64,000 nt of DNA, from contig JAENZQ010000001.1 in assembly GCA_016841185.1 (NCBI GenBank), positions 95,565 to 159,564 on the forward strand, written 5' to 3'. The stretch's first letter is position 1. Each line of letters starts with the position of its first letter. The notes under the pieces are model-generated. The model searched no databases, was not told the origin of the DNA, and saw only the letters and a program-made list of their open reading frames with translations. The DNA comes from Anaerovorax odorimutans (GTDB taxonomy: Bacteria > Bacillota > Clostridia > Peptostreptococcales > JAAYPU01). Both the position numbers and the translations under genes were made by a program. Shown in pieces: positions 20,083 through 29,996 of the stretch.

Positions 20083-20410
20083 ATCCTTTTTCTCCTGCTC
20101 CCTCTGACTTTGATTCCAGTTCATCGGAGGTTTTCAGAATGTGCGCAAATATTTCTGCCGCAACCTGATAGAGTTCCGGAGGAATCTCCTGCCCCAGTTC
20201 AAGCTGAGACAACAGCCCTGTAGCGGTTTCATCACGATAAACAGGTATTCCGGCCTTGTCAGCTACTTCAATGATACGGTCGGCAACATATCCTGCTCCG
20301 GAAGCAACGATAACCGGAGAAGTATTCTTTTCCTGATCGTAAGAAAGAGCTACGGCATTCTTTCTTTCTTTGCTGTTATAAGAAAATCTTTTATACTTAT
20401 ACTCTGACAT
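20081..20410 (-). CDS. FlhB C-terminal-like export switch protein (YlqH/EscU-like)
   Basis: AVALSYD...PVIVASGAGYVADRI...EIPPELYQVAAEIFA. Confidence 0.88.
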   Translation of the reverse strand: MSEYKYKRFSYNSKERKNAVALSYDQEKNTSPVIVASGAGYVADRIIEVADKAGIPVYRDETATGLLSQLELGQEIPPELYQVAAEIFAHILKTSDELESKSEGAGEKG

Positions 20411-21536
20411 TAATCCCGCTCCTCCTCTCCAGTAGCTTTCCAAACACTTTGCCTAATGCACGGGGACGGTTTAAAGCTATGACTTCCACTCTGCCCGCCT
20501 GCAGTCCTGAGTCCGTTATGGCTTTACCGATAATCGTTTTTAATCCCAAGAAATTTTCGGCTATCAAAGAAGGGCAATAAATCGTTACATTTAATTTTCT
20601 GCCTTCTAATAGAAAATCTGCTTCGAAATGTCCTGTTCCAACAATATCAACGGCCAATAACATTCGAATGCCTTTTCTTCTTTGTCCAGTTATGTTCTCA
20701 TTTCTGCCATCATCAGGATCCACCCACAGCTCTCCAAAAGCAGCGGTATTCCCATACTTGACCGGAAGTACAAAATGCAGCATGGGTGATTTCAGATTCT
20801 GATTCATCAACAAGCCTCTGAGTATTTGTTCACACACAGATTTATGGGTTTTGCTGATAGATATTTCGTCAATATTGGATTCAATAAAAGATAAAATTTT
20901 TTCCAGAACAGCACTCCGGTTTTCTTTTTCCAGTTCGGCACCCTTGTTCCCAAATAGATACGCGTCAAGCTGCCGGGTAAACTCCTTCAATTGCAGCGCA
21001 GTTTGATGTTCATCAAATTTCAGCAGCACCTGTACAAATTGATCAACCAGAAGCTCAAGGCTTTTTACTGAAGGATCCTTTGTCCAACAGGATACGCAGG
21101 CCCTCAGTATTTCCGTCACGCCATTCCGGATCACATCATTATCAGGGTGCTTTAAAAGAATACTTCTCAAAAGGTTAAAAAAATCGTTTTTAAAAAGGGT
21201 TGCTGCTTGATTCTGGTTTTGGATTTCTGAAAATATGGATTCTGGCAGTATCATTAGCCCTGAAAGGCTGTCCTGAGAAGAGAGAGAAGACTGGAACAGC
21301 ATTTTTATTGTTCTCGTCAATGATGTGCATTTTTTTAAATTCAATGCACTTTCGGTCCCTTTTTCCGGCTGATGCATGAAATCCGTTTTGCCGGAAAATG
21401 CTTTTACTAAAGAAGATTGTCTTTTTCCGATGCTTAAAGTTCTTTTTCCCAATAAATCCATAAGATTTTGCCGGGATGCATCCTTAAGTCTTGAAAAATT
21501 TCCTGTATCGTCAATTTTTAAAAAGAAATCTGACAT
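20397..21536 (-). CDS. Protein with FliK C-terminal-like (hook-length control) domain
   Basis: C-terminal HFVLPV...GELWVDPD...GHFEADFLL...LNVTI...SGINVRV; overlaps the ylqH-like gene, as in ylqG-ylqH-type pairs. Confidence 0.6.
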   Translation of the reverse strand: MSDFFLKIDDTGNFSRLKDASRQNLMDLLGKRTLSIGKRQSSLVKAFSGKTDFMHQPEKGTESALNLKKCTSLTRTIKMLFQSSLSSQDSLSGLMILPESIFSEIQNQNQAATLFKNDFFNLLRSILLKHPDNDVIRNGVTEILRACVSCWTKDPSVKSLELLVDQFVQVLLKFDEHQTALQLKEFTRQLDAYLFGNKGAELEKENRSAVLEKILSFIESNIDEISISKTHKSVCEQILRGLLMNQNLKSPMLHFVLPVKYGNTAAFGELWVDPDDGRNENITGQRRKGIRMLLAVDIVGTGHFEADFLLEGRKLNVTIYCPSLIAENFLGLKTIIGKAITDSGLQAGRVEVIALNRPRALGKVFGKLLERRSGINVRV

Positions 21537-21547
21537 GACCCATTCTC

Positions 21548-22750
21548 CTATTCATGGGCACTTTTGAACCGAGATCCCTCTGAATCCTGCTGATCCAATT
21601 CTACATTAGCAGTTAAACAGGCTTTATAGAAAGTTTCAATTTCATCTCTGCCCGTATGCTCACTGAGACCGTGCCGAATAAATACTTCAAGACCGTAATA
21701 GTTAAGGAAATTATCATTGATCTTCCTGATGATATTGCGTACAGCCGTCTGAGCCTGATTATAGGAAGTTTCGGTGAAAATAACGGCGAATACTCCGGGG
21801 TTAATATATGCAGGGATATCCGTATTTCGAATACAGCTGATCATTGAATAAGCCGCATATTTCATATAATCATTATAAATATCCTCCTCTTTGTTATCGA
21901 TTGCTTTTATTTCGAAAATTCCAATACAAAAAGGATTTACATACCTTAAAAACCTATTCTTCTCTTTTTCCAATTCAGCCAGAAATCCTTTTTTGCTCAA
22001 GAGCCCTGTGGTTTCATCTTGCATTAGCTGCATGTCTGCGTATATCTGTGCGGCAGATGCTTTAGTGTTGGAATGATATAGATACTGAAATTTATGAGCG
22101 AGAGCTTTTAGATCACGATACTCTAAAAACACCTTCCATTCTTTATTTTCCATCCCAATCATTTTTGTAAACCTATATTCTGTTACTTTCCCCGTATGCA
22201 GGTTCTTTTCCGATATATTAATGTCAAACTCTAATATTTTTTCACAATTAGCATCTTTGAGGATCGTATGGTCATATGTATTAAAGATTTTAGATTCAAA
22301 GTTTCCGATTGCATACATCTTAGAAACAGCTTCCCGCCACTGTACAAATTCATCGAGACTGATATTTTTTTTATTCCAATCGCTCAGCAAGTGATAAGCT
22401 TTTTCAAATTTTTTTTCTGAAAGAGCTGTCAGATATACATTTAAAACATTTCGTGCTTTTTCATTACCAACAGAGTCGAAGCCTTTTTTCCATTGGTGTC
22501 CATTGACGGATTGTTTGTTCGACCGTTCATTTTTACTAAGCCATAATTTATGATATTCTTTCCTTTTGTCCGGATCTTTTAAAATTTCATATGCCGTATT
22601 GATTTTTTTTATTTTTTCCTCGGAACTCTCACTCCTGTTGACATCCGGATGGTATTTCTTGCACAGTCTGCGATATGCGCCTTCAATGACTTCCTGCTCC
22701 GCATCATGGTGCACCTGAAGAATGTGGTAATAATCTTCCCATATTTTCAT
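21548..22750 (-). CDS. J-domain / NTF2-like / degenerate GGDEF fusion protein
   Basis: DYYHILQV...YHPD J domain; DETTGLLSK GGDEF start; RNTD I-site; NPGVF replaces GGDEF. Confidence 0.8.
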   Translation of the reverse strand: MKIWEDYYHILQVHHDAEQEVIEGAYRRLCKKYHPDVNRSESSEEKIKKINTAYEILKDPDKRKEYHKLWLSKNERSNKQSVNGHQWKKGFDSVGNEKARNVLNVYLTALSEKKFEKAYHLLSDWNKKNISLDEFVQWREAVSKMYAIGNFESKIFNTYDHTILKDANCEKILEFDINISEKNLHTGKVTEYRFTKMIGMENKEWKVFLEYRDLKALAHKFQYLYHSNTKASAAQIYADMQLMQDETTGLLSKKGFLAELEKEKNRFLRYVNPFCIGIFEIKAIDNKEEDIYNDYMKYAAYSMISCIRNTDIPAYINPGVFAVIFTETSYNQAQTAVRNIIRKINDNFLNYYGLEVFIRHGLSEHTGRDEIETFYKACLTANVELDQQDSEGSRFKSAHE

Positions 22751-22945
22751 TACAGTAATTCCTTTCAGCCGCAATATTGATCGTTCTATTTTTCAACTGT
22801 TTTGCCAGTTAATCTTTTTTCTTGATTTTACCACATTTTATGGCAACAGTAAAATTGCATTAATTATTTTTTACAGAAAGATAATAATCATTTAACAATT
22901 TTTCTGTATCATATATATTACCAAATATTTCAAAAGGAGACGTCC

Positions 22946-24715
22946 ATGGATACATCGGAATTATTAAATAATATTATCTGTTCAGAAAATATCCAAACCT
23001 TATTCCAGCCTATTGTAAGTTTAAAAACCGGAGATATTCTGGGATATGAAGCATTAAGCAGAGGCCCCCAAAATAGTTCTCTGTATTCTCCCCTTTCTCT
23101 TATTGAAGCAGCCCTTAAGGAAGAAAAACTCTGGGAACTGGAAACTCTATTCAGAAAAAATGCCATCAGGGAAGCACACCGGCTCGGTTTAGATTCTCTA
23201 TTATTCTTAAATGTTGAGCCAAACATCATCCATGATCCCAAATTCCAGGAAGGCTTTACAAAAAATTATATGTCTGATTATCAACTAAAGCCTGAACAAA
23301 TTATTTTTGAAATTACCGAACGTTCTGCTGTTTCTAATTTTGATAATTTTAAAACCATCATTGAACATTATAGAAGCCAGGGGTATCAAATCGCCATTGA
23401 CGATACCGGTGCAGGCTATTCAAATCTTGCAGCTCTGTGCAAAATAAAACCTTATTATATAAAAATAGATATGGAAATTGTCAGAAATATTCACAAGGAT
23501 TCCTTTAAGCAGGCCCTTTTAAATTCATTTGTCATTATGTCAAATCTCACCAATACGAGATTGATTGCCGAAGGAATAGAAAGCTATGAAGAGCTTGTTA
23601 CAATTACTCAACTGGGCATCCACGCTGCACAGGGTTTTCTTATTGGACAACCTTCCGAAGGCCTGAGTTCCATTGACCCCGATATTCTTGAAATCATAAA
23701 GGGGAAAAATTCTTGTAGTTTTTCTACTCCAATTAGTAATAAAAAAAACATAGGTGAAATTTCAGAACCCATTCCTTCTTTTGACGCTTCTGTAAAATGT
23801 GCCGACCTTAAAGATTTTTTTAAGAACAATCATGGGAATATAGAGGGAATTTGTATCTTGGAGAAAGGTGAAGTTGCAGGCTTAATCATGAAAAATGACA
23901 TCAATGCTATTCTATCCGGACAATACGGCTACTCTCTTTATGCAAAGAAACCGGTCCGGAAGATCATGGACGCTACTTGTTTAACAGTAGATTATTCTAC
24001 ACCTATCAATGTTGTAGCGGAATTAGCCATGTCCCGAACACAAGAAAAAATATACGACAATATTATCGTTACCAAAGGGCTGAAATACTGGGGCATAGTT
24101 TCTGTTATAAAGCTCTTGAAACAATTTCTTATGATGGAAAAAAGCACTGCATTGGAACTGAATCCGCTTACAGGGCTGCCCGGAAATACACTGATCAATA
24201 AAGCTTTGGAGGATGCTATTCAATTAAAAAACCCTATAGTCGTTTTATATATTGATCTGGACAATTTTAAAATCTATAATGATATTTATGGTTTTGAAAA
24301 AGGAGATAATGTTATAAAAATGACCCGGGATGCGATTACTGCCTGCATAAATCAAGATTTTTACCATAAAAGTTTTATAGGACATATCGGCGGCGATGAC
24401 TTCGTTGCCATTATTCAATGTGATTATGAAAGCAGTCTGCACTTATGCAAGCAAATCATAGAATACTTTGATGAAAATGTGCTTGATAATTTTTCAGAAG
24501 AAGATAAGGAAAAAGGATATATGTACGGAAAAGACAGGAATGATATCTTTCGTGAGTTTCCTCTAACCTCAGTTTCCATAGGCGGAATATACGGCATCCT
24601 CAACTGCTTTCAATCTCCCAAAGAACTTGCTATGTATATGAGTGAAGTAAAAAAAAAAGCTAAAAGGATAAAGAAAAGCAGTTATATTATAGAATCTTTA
24701 ACTTCACCTCTTTAA
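22946..24715 (+). CDS. EAL-CBS-GGDEF c-di-GMP turnover protein
   Basis: FQPI, GYEAL, EITE, DDTGAGYS, KID, AEGIE; central CBS-like pair; NPLTGLPGN, DLDNFK, GGDDF. Confidence 0.9.
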   Translation: MDTSELLNNIICSENIQTLFQPIVSLKTGDILGYEALSRGPQNSSLYSPLSLIEAALKEEKLWELETLFRKNAIREAHRLGLDSLLFLNVEPNIIHDPKFQEGFTKNYMSDYQLKPEQIIFEITERSAVSNFDNFKTIIEHYRSQGYQIAIDDTGAGYSNLAALCKIKPYYIKIDMEIVRNIHKDSFKQALLNSFVIMSNLTNTRLIAEGIESYEELVTITQLGIHAAQGFLIGQPSEGLSSIDPDILEIIKGKNSCSFSTPISNKKNIGEISEPIPSFDASVKCADLKDFFKNNHGNIEGICILEKGEVAGLIMKNDINAILSGQYGYSLYAKKPVRKIMDATCLTVDYSTPINVVAELAMSRTQEKIYDNIIVTKGLKYWGIVSVIKLLKQFLMMEKSTALELNPLTGLPGNTLINKALEDAIQLKNPIVVLYIDLDNFKIYNDIYGFEKGDNVIKMTRDAITACINQDFYHKSFIGHIGGDDFVAIIQCDYESSLHLCKQIIEYFDENVLDNFSEEDKEKGYMYGKDRNDIFREFPLTSVSIGGIYGILNCFQSPKELAMYMSEVKKKAKRIKKSSYIIESLTSPL

Positions 24716-24727
24716 TGCCATTCTTAA

Positions 24728-27100
24728 TCAATTAATACTGTTGATTTTCCAAATAATATCGGCGTATTCACGAACTGATCTGTCACTGCTAAATTTCCCG
24801 CTATTGCACATATTCATCCAACATTTTTTTGCCCAGCTCATTCGGTCGGCATAAGCTTCAATGATATTTTCATGTGCCTCTGCATAGCTCTCGAAATCCT
24901 TTAACAGAAAATAATGGTCTGCCTTATGCCAATGCCTTCCATAAATAAGAGCATCATATAGCTCCCTGAACATACCTGTGCCACGATCATCGAAGGTTCC
25001 GTCAATGAGTGTATCGACAACACGTTTAAGTCCGGAAATACTCTCATAATAGTATTTCGGATCGTAGCTGGAATATATTTTCTCCAGTTCCTCCACATTG
25101 GCTCCGAAAATAAAATTATTATCCCACCCGGCTTCTTCAACGATCTCGACATTTGCACCGTCAAAAGTTCCGATAGTTGGTGTTCCGTTAAGCATCAATT
25201 TCATATTGCCTGTGCCGGATGCTTCTTTTCCCGCCATAGAAATCTGCTCAGAAACATCCGCAGCAGGAAAAAGTTTTTCAGCGTAAGTGACATTATAATT
25301 TTGAATAAATACCACTTTCATTTTATCATTCACTTCTTTGTCGTTATTCACTAAATCCGCAATTTCATTGATATATTTAATGATAGCTTTTGCTCTGAAA
25401 TATCCTGGAGCAGCTTTTCCCCCTATGATATATGTGACGGGAATGACATCTGTGCGAGGATTTTCCTTAATCTTATAATACTTGTATAAGATATGGAAAG
25501 CATTTAAAAGCTGACGCTTATATTCGTGGATCCTTTTAGCCTGAATATCAAAGATAGAATCAGGATTTATATCAATATTCTCCTTTGATTTAATATAATC
25601 TGCAAGCTGCTCTTTCTTTTTATGTTTTATGTTCAAAAATCGTTTTAAAACCTCTTCGTTATCTTTGTATTTTTCTATTTTTTTTAACAATACCAGATTC
25701 GTAATCCATTCTTTACTTCCTGTTAATTCTGTTATAAGTGAAGAAAGTTCATCATTACACAAAACCATCCATCTTCTTGGCGTAATTCCGTTGGTCACAC
25801 TATGAAATTTTTCGGGATATAAGGCATACCAGTTCTTCAATTCCCGTCTCTTAAGAATTTCTGTATGCAGATAAGCAACACCGTTGATAGAAAAACTACC
25901 ATATATGGCAAGCCACGCCATATGTACATGATGATTGGATATGATCTTCATGGATTCGGTTTGCTCAAAACTCAAATTACTGGAAGCCAACACGCCATGA
26001 AAGTTTCTGTCAATTTGCTCAATGATCTCATATGTCCGGGGAAGCAGTTCTTTAAAAATTCCAACATCCCATTTTTCCAGTGCTTCAGCCAGTATCGTGT
26101 GGTTCGTATAGGCAAAGGTTCTCGTTGTTATATGCCATGCCTCATCCCATGCTAAACCTTCCTCATCCATTAATATTCTCATAAGTTCCGGAATTGCCAC
26201 AACAGGGTGTGTATCATTAAGCTGAATAACATAATAATCGGGAAACTCTGATAATTTACATCCATGTTTGTTTTTAAATTTTCTCAGCATATCCTTTAAA
26301 GAAGCTGCTACGAAAAAATACTGTTGCCTTAGTCGTAAAAGCTTTCCTTCTCTATGAGAATCGTTAGGATATAAAACTCTTGAGATATCCTCTGCACGAT
26401 TCTTTTCCAGCACGGCCAAATCGTATTTCTGATTATTAAAAGCATTGAAGTCAAAATCTTCAAGGGCTTCACTTTTCCATAATCTTAACCTGTTTATTGT
26501 CCTTGTACCATAACCGATTATTGGCATGTCATAAGGAACAGCCTTTACACTCCTGTCTGCAAATTTTACAATAACCGAATCTTCTCTTTTTAACACTGAC
26601 CACGGATCACCGTATTCCAGCCAGTCATCCGTTTTCTCTATTTGAAAGCCGTTGAGAATTTCTTGTCTGAAAAGGCCGTTTTCATACCGTATACCGTAGC
26701 CTGTCATAGGGAGATTACAGGTTGCACTGGAATCGAGGAATCCGGCTGCAAGCCGTCCAAGACCTCCATTCCCTAACCCTGCATCTGTTTCCTCATTTTC
26801 AATATCTTCCAAAGAAATATTCTCTTCTTGTAAAATCTCTTTGAGTTCATTATACATATTAAGATTTATCAGGTTATTTCCTAAAGCTCTCCCCATTAAA
26901 TACTCGGAAGAAAAATAACAAGCCTGTTTCACATCTTCATATTTTTTTTGAGTTTCTATCCAATCCTCAGCAATTGATTCCATAATCGCCTTTCCTATGG
27001 CCTGGTATTTTTGAAAAATTTCTGCATTCTTTAATGCTTTGGCATAATTTGATTTTAAATATTTTTCTATATTTTCAATAAAAAAATTTTTTGTTATCAT
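24728..27100 (-). CDS. glgP: Glycogen/maltodextrin phosphorylase
   Basis: LGNGGLGRLAA, QLNDTHP, KRIHEYKRQ, EASGTGNMK (PLP lysine). Confidence 0.95.
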   Translation of the reverse strand: MITKNFFIENIEKYLKSNYAKALKNAEIFQKYQAIGKAIMESIAEDWIETQKKYEDVKQACYFSSEYLMGRALGNNLINLNMYNELKEILQEENISLEDIENEETDAGLGNGGLGRLAAGFLDSSATCNLPMTGYGIRYENGLFRQEILNGFQIEKTDDWLEYGDPWSVLKREDSVIVKFADRSVKAVPYDMPIIGYGTRTINRLRLWKSEALEDFDFNAFNNQKYDLAVLEKNRAEDISRVLYPNDSHREGKLLRLRQQYFFVAASLKDMLRKFKNKHGCKLSEFPDYYVIQLNDTHPVVAIPELMRILMDEEGLAWDEAWHITTRTFAYTNHTILAEALEKWDVGIFKELLPRTYEIIEQIDRNFHGVLASSNLSFEQTESMKIISNHHVHMAWLAIYGSFSINGVAYLHTEILKRRELKNWYALYPEKFHSVTNGITPRRWMVLCNDELSSLITELTGSKEWITNLVLLKKIEKYKDNEEVLKRFLNIKHKKKEQLADYIKSKENIDINPDSIFDIQAKRIHEYKRQLLNAFHILYKYYKIKENPRTDVIPVTYIIGGKAAPGYFRAKAIIKYINEIADLVNNDKEVNDKMKVVFIQNYNVTYAEKLFPAADVSEQISMAGKEASGTGNMKLMLNGTPTIGTFDGANVEIVEEAGWDNNFIFGANVEELEKIYSSYDPKYYYESISGLKRVVDTLIDGTFDDRGTGMFRELYDALIYGRHWHKADHYFLLKDFESYAEAHENIIEAYADRMSWAKKCWMNMCNSGKFSSDRSVREYADIIWKINSIN

Positions 27101-27104
27101 TACC

Positions 27105-28604
27105 TCACAGCCTCTCATATAAATCAGTTATTTCGTATATTTTTTTAGCCAGCCTGTCTGTTATCTGTTCTTCCGTGACCCTCCATCTCCAGTTCAGGCC
27201 CAATGTTGAAGGCGTATTCATCCTTGCCGAACATCCCAACCCAAGAAAATCCTGCATCGGTGCAATAGCGATCCGTGCTGCCGAACCCCATACACTTCGG
27301 ATAAATCCCCAATGATATCCCTCTTTTCTTGATAATTTTAAATATTTTTTTGCATAAGCCTTATAGGGCTTCTTTGTAGTCTTTAGCCAACACATTACCG
27401 TTTCATTATCGTGTGTTCCTGTATAGGCTGCACAGTTTTCTTTATAATGATGGGGTAAATACATACTCTTTTTCCTGCTATCAAATGCAAACAGTAAAAC
27501 TTTCATTCCCGGAAAGCCAGTTATATCCAGAAGTGCTTTCACATCCGGAGTCAAGAGCCCTAAATCCTCAGCAATAATCTGCAAACCCGGGTATTTCTTT
27601 TTTACTATTTTAAAGAAATGAACCCCCGGGCCTTTGACCCATCTTCCATTTATCGAAGTATGCTCTCCAAAGGGTACTTCCCAAAAAGATTCAAACCCTC
27701 TAAAATGGTCCAACCTTATAATGTCATAAAGATTCTTGTTGGCTTCTATTCTTCTCATCCACCAATCATAATCTTCTTTTTCAAGGAGTCGCCAGTTATA
27801 GATGGGATTTCCCCATAATTGACCCGTTCTTGAAAAGGAATCCGGCGGGCAGCCGGAAACACTGATAGGCACCATATGGTCATCCAGTAAAAATATATCG
27901 CTATGCGTCCATGTATCTGAACTGTCATAAGCGGTATAAATCGGAATATCTCCAATGATTTTGATCCCTCTTTCATTGGCATATTGTTTAAGGTTTTCCC
28001 ATTGTTGAAAAAATATATATTGAAGAAATACCCAGAAGTATATTTCATCTTCTAATTCTTTCCTATATTTTTTCAGGCATTTATGCTCTCTGTTCTTCAG
28101 GCCGGTTTCCCATTTAAACCACGGTCTGTTTCTAAATTTTGATTTAAGAGCCATGAATAATGCATAATCTGGAAGCCAATAATTATGCTCTTTTTCAAAT
28201 TCATATAATTCATCCCGACCATCTCTTCTTGATCTTTTATATGCTAATCGGAGAACCGCCATTTTGCTTTCGGATATTTTCTGATAATCCACCCTCTTTT
28301 TATTTCTTCCAAAATTGATATCTTTATATTCTTCTTGTTTCAAAAATCCTTTTTTTCTTAATGAATCAAAACAAATAAAGTAAGGGTTTCCGGCAAAAGA
28401 TGAGAAAGTCTGGTAAGGCGAATCCCCATAACCGGTAGGTCCTAAAGGCAGTATCTGCCAGTATTTCTGTCCGGCTTTTTCCAGAAAGTTCACAAAATCA
28501 TATGCTTCTTCTCCAAAAGTCCCTATTCCAAATTCTCCCGGCAGAGATGATATATGCATCAGGATACCGCTACCTCTTTGATTTTTTCTGATATCTGCTT
28601 TCAT
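27105..28604 (-). CDS. malQ: 4-alpha-glucanotransferase (GH77)
   Basis: GILMHISSLP, WQILPL, RLDHFRG, AEDLG, YTGTHDN. Confidence 0.95.
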   Translation of the reverse strand: MKADIRKNQRGSGILMHISSLPGEFGIGTFGEEAYDFVNFLEKAGQKYWQILPLGPTGYGDSPYQTFSSFAGNPYFICFDSLRKKGFLKQEEYKDINFGRNKKRVDYQKISESKMAVLRLAYKRSRRDGRDELYEFEKEHNYWLPDYALFMALKSKFRNRPWFKWETGLKNREHKCLKKYRKELEDEIYFWVFLQYIFFQQWENLKQYANERGIKIIGDIPIYTAYDSSDTWTHSDIFLLDDHMVPISVSGCPPDSFSRTGQLWGNPIYNWRLLEKEDYDWWMRRIEANKNLYDIIRLDHFRGFESFWEVPFGEHTSINGRWVKGPGVHFFKIVKKKYPGLQIIAEDLGLLTPDVKALLDITGFPGMKVLLFAFDSRKKSMYLPHHYKENCAAYTGTHDNETVMCWLKTTKKPYKAYAKKYLKLSRKEGYHWGFIRSVWGSAARIAIAPMQDFLGLGCSARMNTPSTLGLNWRWRVTEEQITDRLAKKIYEITDLYERL

Positions 28605-28715
28605 TATCCACTCAACTTTCTCACATCATTACCTTAGTATTTTGCTTCTTTAACCTTTGAGTTATTCTTTTCATGGATATGAAATATAAGAATTTCATTA
28701 AAGATTTGATTATTT

Positions 28716-28745
28716 AAAAAAGGGGCTGAAACTTTCAGCCTCTTT
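28716..28745 (-). terminator. Rho-independent terminator
   Basis: GGGGCTGAAA/TTTCAGCCTC stem with a T7 run on the minus strand. Confidence 0.7.
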
Positions 28746-28746
28746 G

Positions 28747-28965
28747 TCACTCTCCGCTTGAATCATAACATGAGCAGCAATCCTGACGGTCATGGCATTT
28801 TAAATTTATTTTTATACCGTCATGCGTTTCCCTGATATATATTTTTCCTCCATCGCAGCAGTATATGTTTATATTGATATCTTTTTGAAAATCCCGGCGG
28901 TACTCCGGCTTCTCGCCAACATATTCATCCTTTTCATTCCAAAAATTCACGGTGCTTTCAGACAA
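28747..28965 (-). CDS. Small Cys-rich hypothetical protein
   Basis: AGGAGGTGAGGAG RBS before TTG; own terminator; YCCDG and CCSC motifs. Confidence 0.6.
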   Translation of the reverse strand: MSESTVNFWNEKDEYVGEKPEYRRDFQKDININIYCCDGGKIYIRETHDGIKINLKCHDRQDCCSCYDSSGE

Positions 28966-29072
28966 CTCCTCACCTCCTGATATTTTCAGTATATGCAGGA
29001 AGAAATAAAATTGAGAAAGATTCTCCTCAAAGCAAAATCTTTTCCTTCATTATTGTTACTATAAACTTTCAT

Positions 29073-29894
29073 CTATTCTTTAGACTTTACTTCCATCATT
29101 TTATAAAGATATCTTTTTTTATACTTCACATTTGCTATTTTAGAAAGGTTTCCCATAAACCCGAAATTGTTCAAGCCTCCGAAAATAAAACCGGCAACGG
29201 GAATACTTTGCATCAGGATGGCGGAAGACATGTATTCCGCAAGAGATTCTGATGTAGATCCAATCACTTCTTCCAGTTCCATACCCGGGTAATCTCCCAG
29301 ATCGATTCCATATCCGATTTTATCGATTTCCTTGGAATACTTTTGCTTCATTTCACTTTGAGCAATACTCATGGAAATAAGCTTCAGCATATATATTTTT
29401 TCATTCTCCGAATCATAGTCGAATCCATAATGAAGAGATATTTCATTCAGATTTTTTATCAAAACAGAGATAAAAACAGGTACATCGGCCAGAGCTGTCA
29501 TAATGCCCATGAAACCGACTATAGAGCCTTCAGCAGCTGATATCCCACGATTCAGCAATATCTTTTTTTTAACTCTTCTCTCTGCAGTTTTTAAATTTCT
29601 TTTTTTTACCGAGGTTCTGAACTTTTTACTGTCTTCGGTAAAAACTCTTATAAGTTTTTGTTTATCATAAGTTTTCTCAATGACTCCGATCCCTTTCGTA
29701 AAAACCAGTAAAAAGCTTTTCGAAAAAGCTTCTTCAAACTTCTTTTTTAAATCAAAAGGTAGTTTTTTATTAATTTTTTCCTTTACATCTCCCACACGGT
29801 CTTCAAGAAAACGCTGACTCTTTTGCTTCATTATTCTCTCTTCCTGCTTTATGGTCTTTTCCAGTTCCTTTTTGATCAATTTTTTCTCATCCAT
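29073..29894 (-). CDS. EcsC-family protein
   Basis: EGSIVGFMG...ADVP...EISLHYGFD...IPVAG pattern. Confidence 0.75.
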   Translation of the reverse strand: MDEKKLIKKELEKTIKQEERIMKQKSQRFLEDRVGDVKEKINKKLPFDLKKKFEEAFSKSFLLVFTKGIGVIEKTYDKQKLIRVFTEDSKKFRTSVKKRNLKTAERRVKKKILLNRGISAAEGSIVGFMGIMTALADVPVFISVLIKNLNEISLHYGFDYDSENEKIYMLKLISMSIAQSEMKQKYSKEIDKIGYGIDLGDYPGMELEEVIGSTSESLAEYMSSAILMQSIPVAGFIFGGLNNFGFMGNLSKIANVKYKKRYLYKMMEVKSKE

Positions 29895-29996
29895 CCAAAG
29901 TCCTCCTATAATCGTTTGAGATAATAGATAAGGATGAAGATTCTGTGAAAAAAATCTTCCTTAACTTTTTTTTATCTATAATCTTTTATCTTTGCT

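Noticed and set aside
22778-22805. Possible sigma28 promoter for the J-domain/FliK-like operon
   Set aside because: CAAA-N15-AACGATCA is a poor match; a TTTACT-17-TGnTAAAAT sigmaA-like site further upstream fits better.
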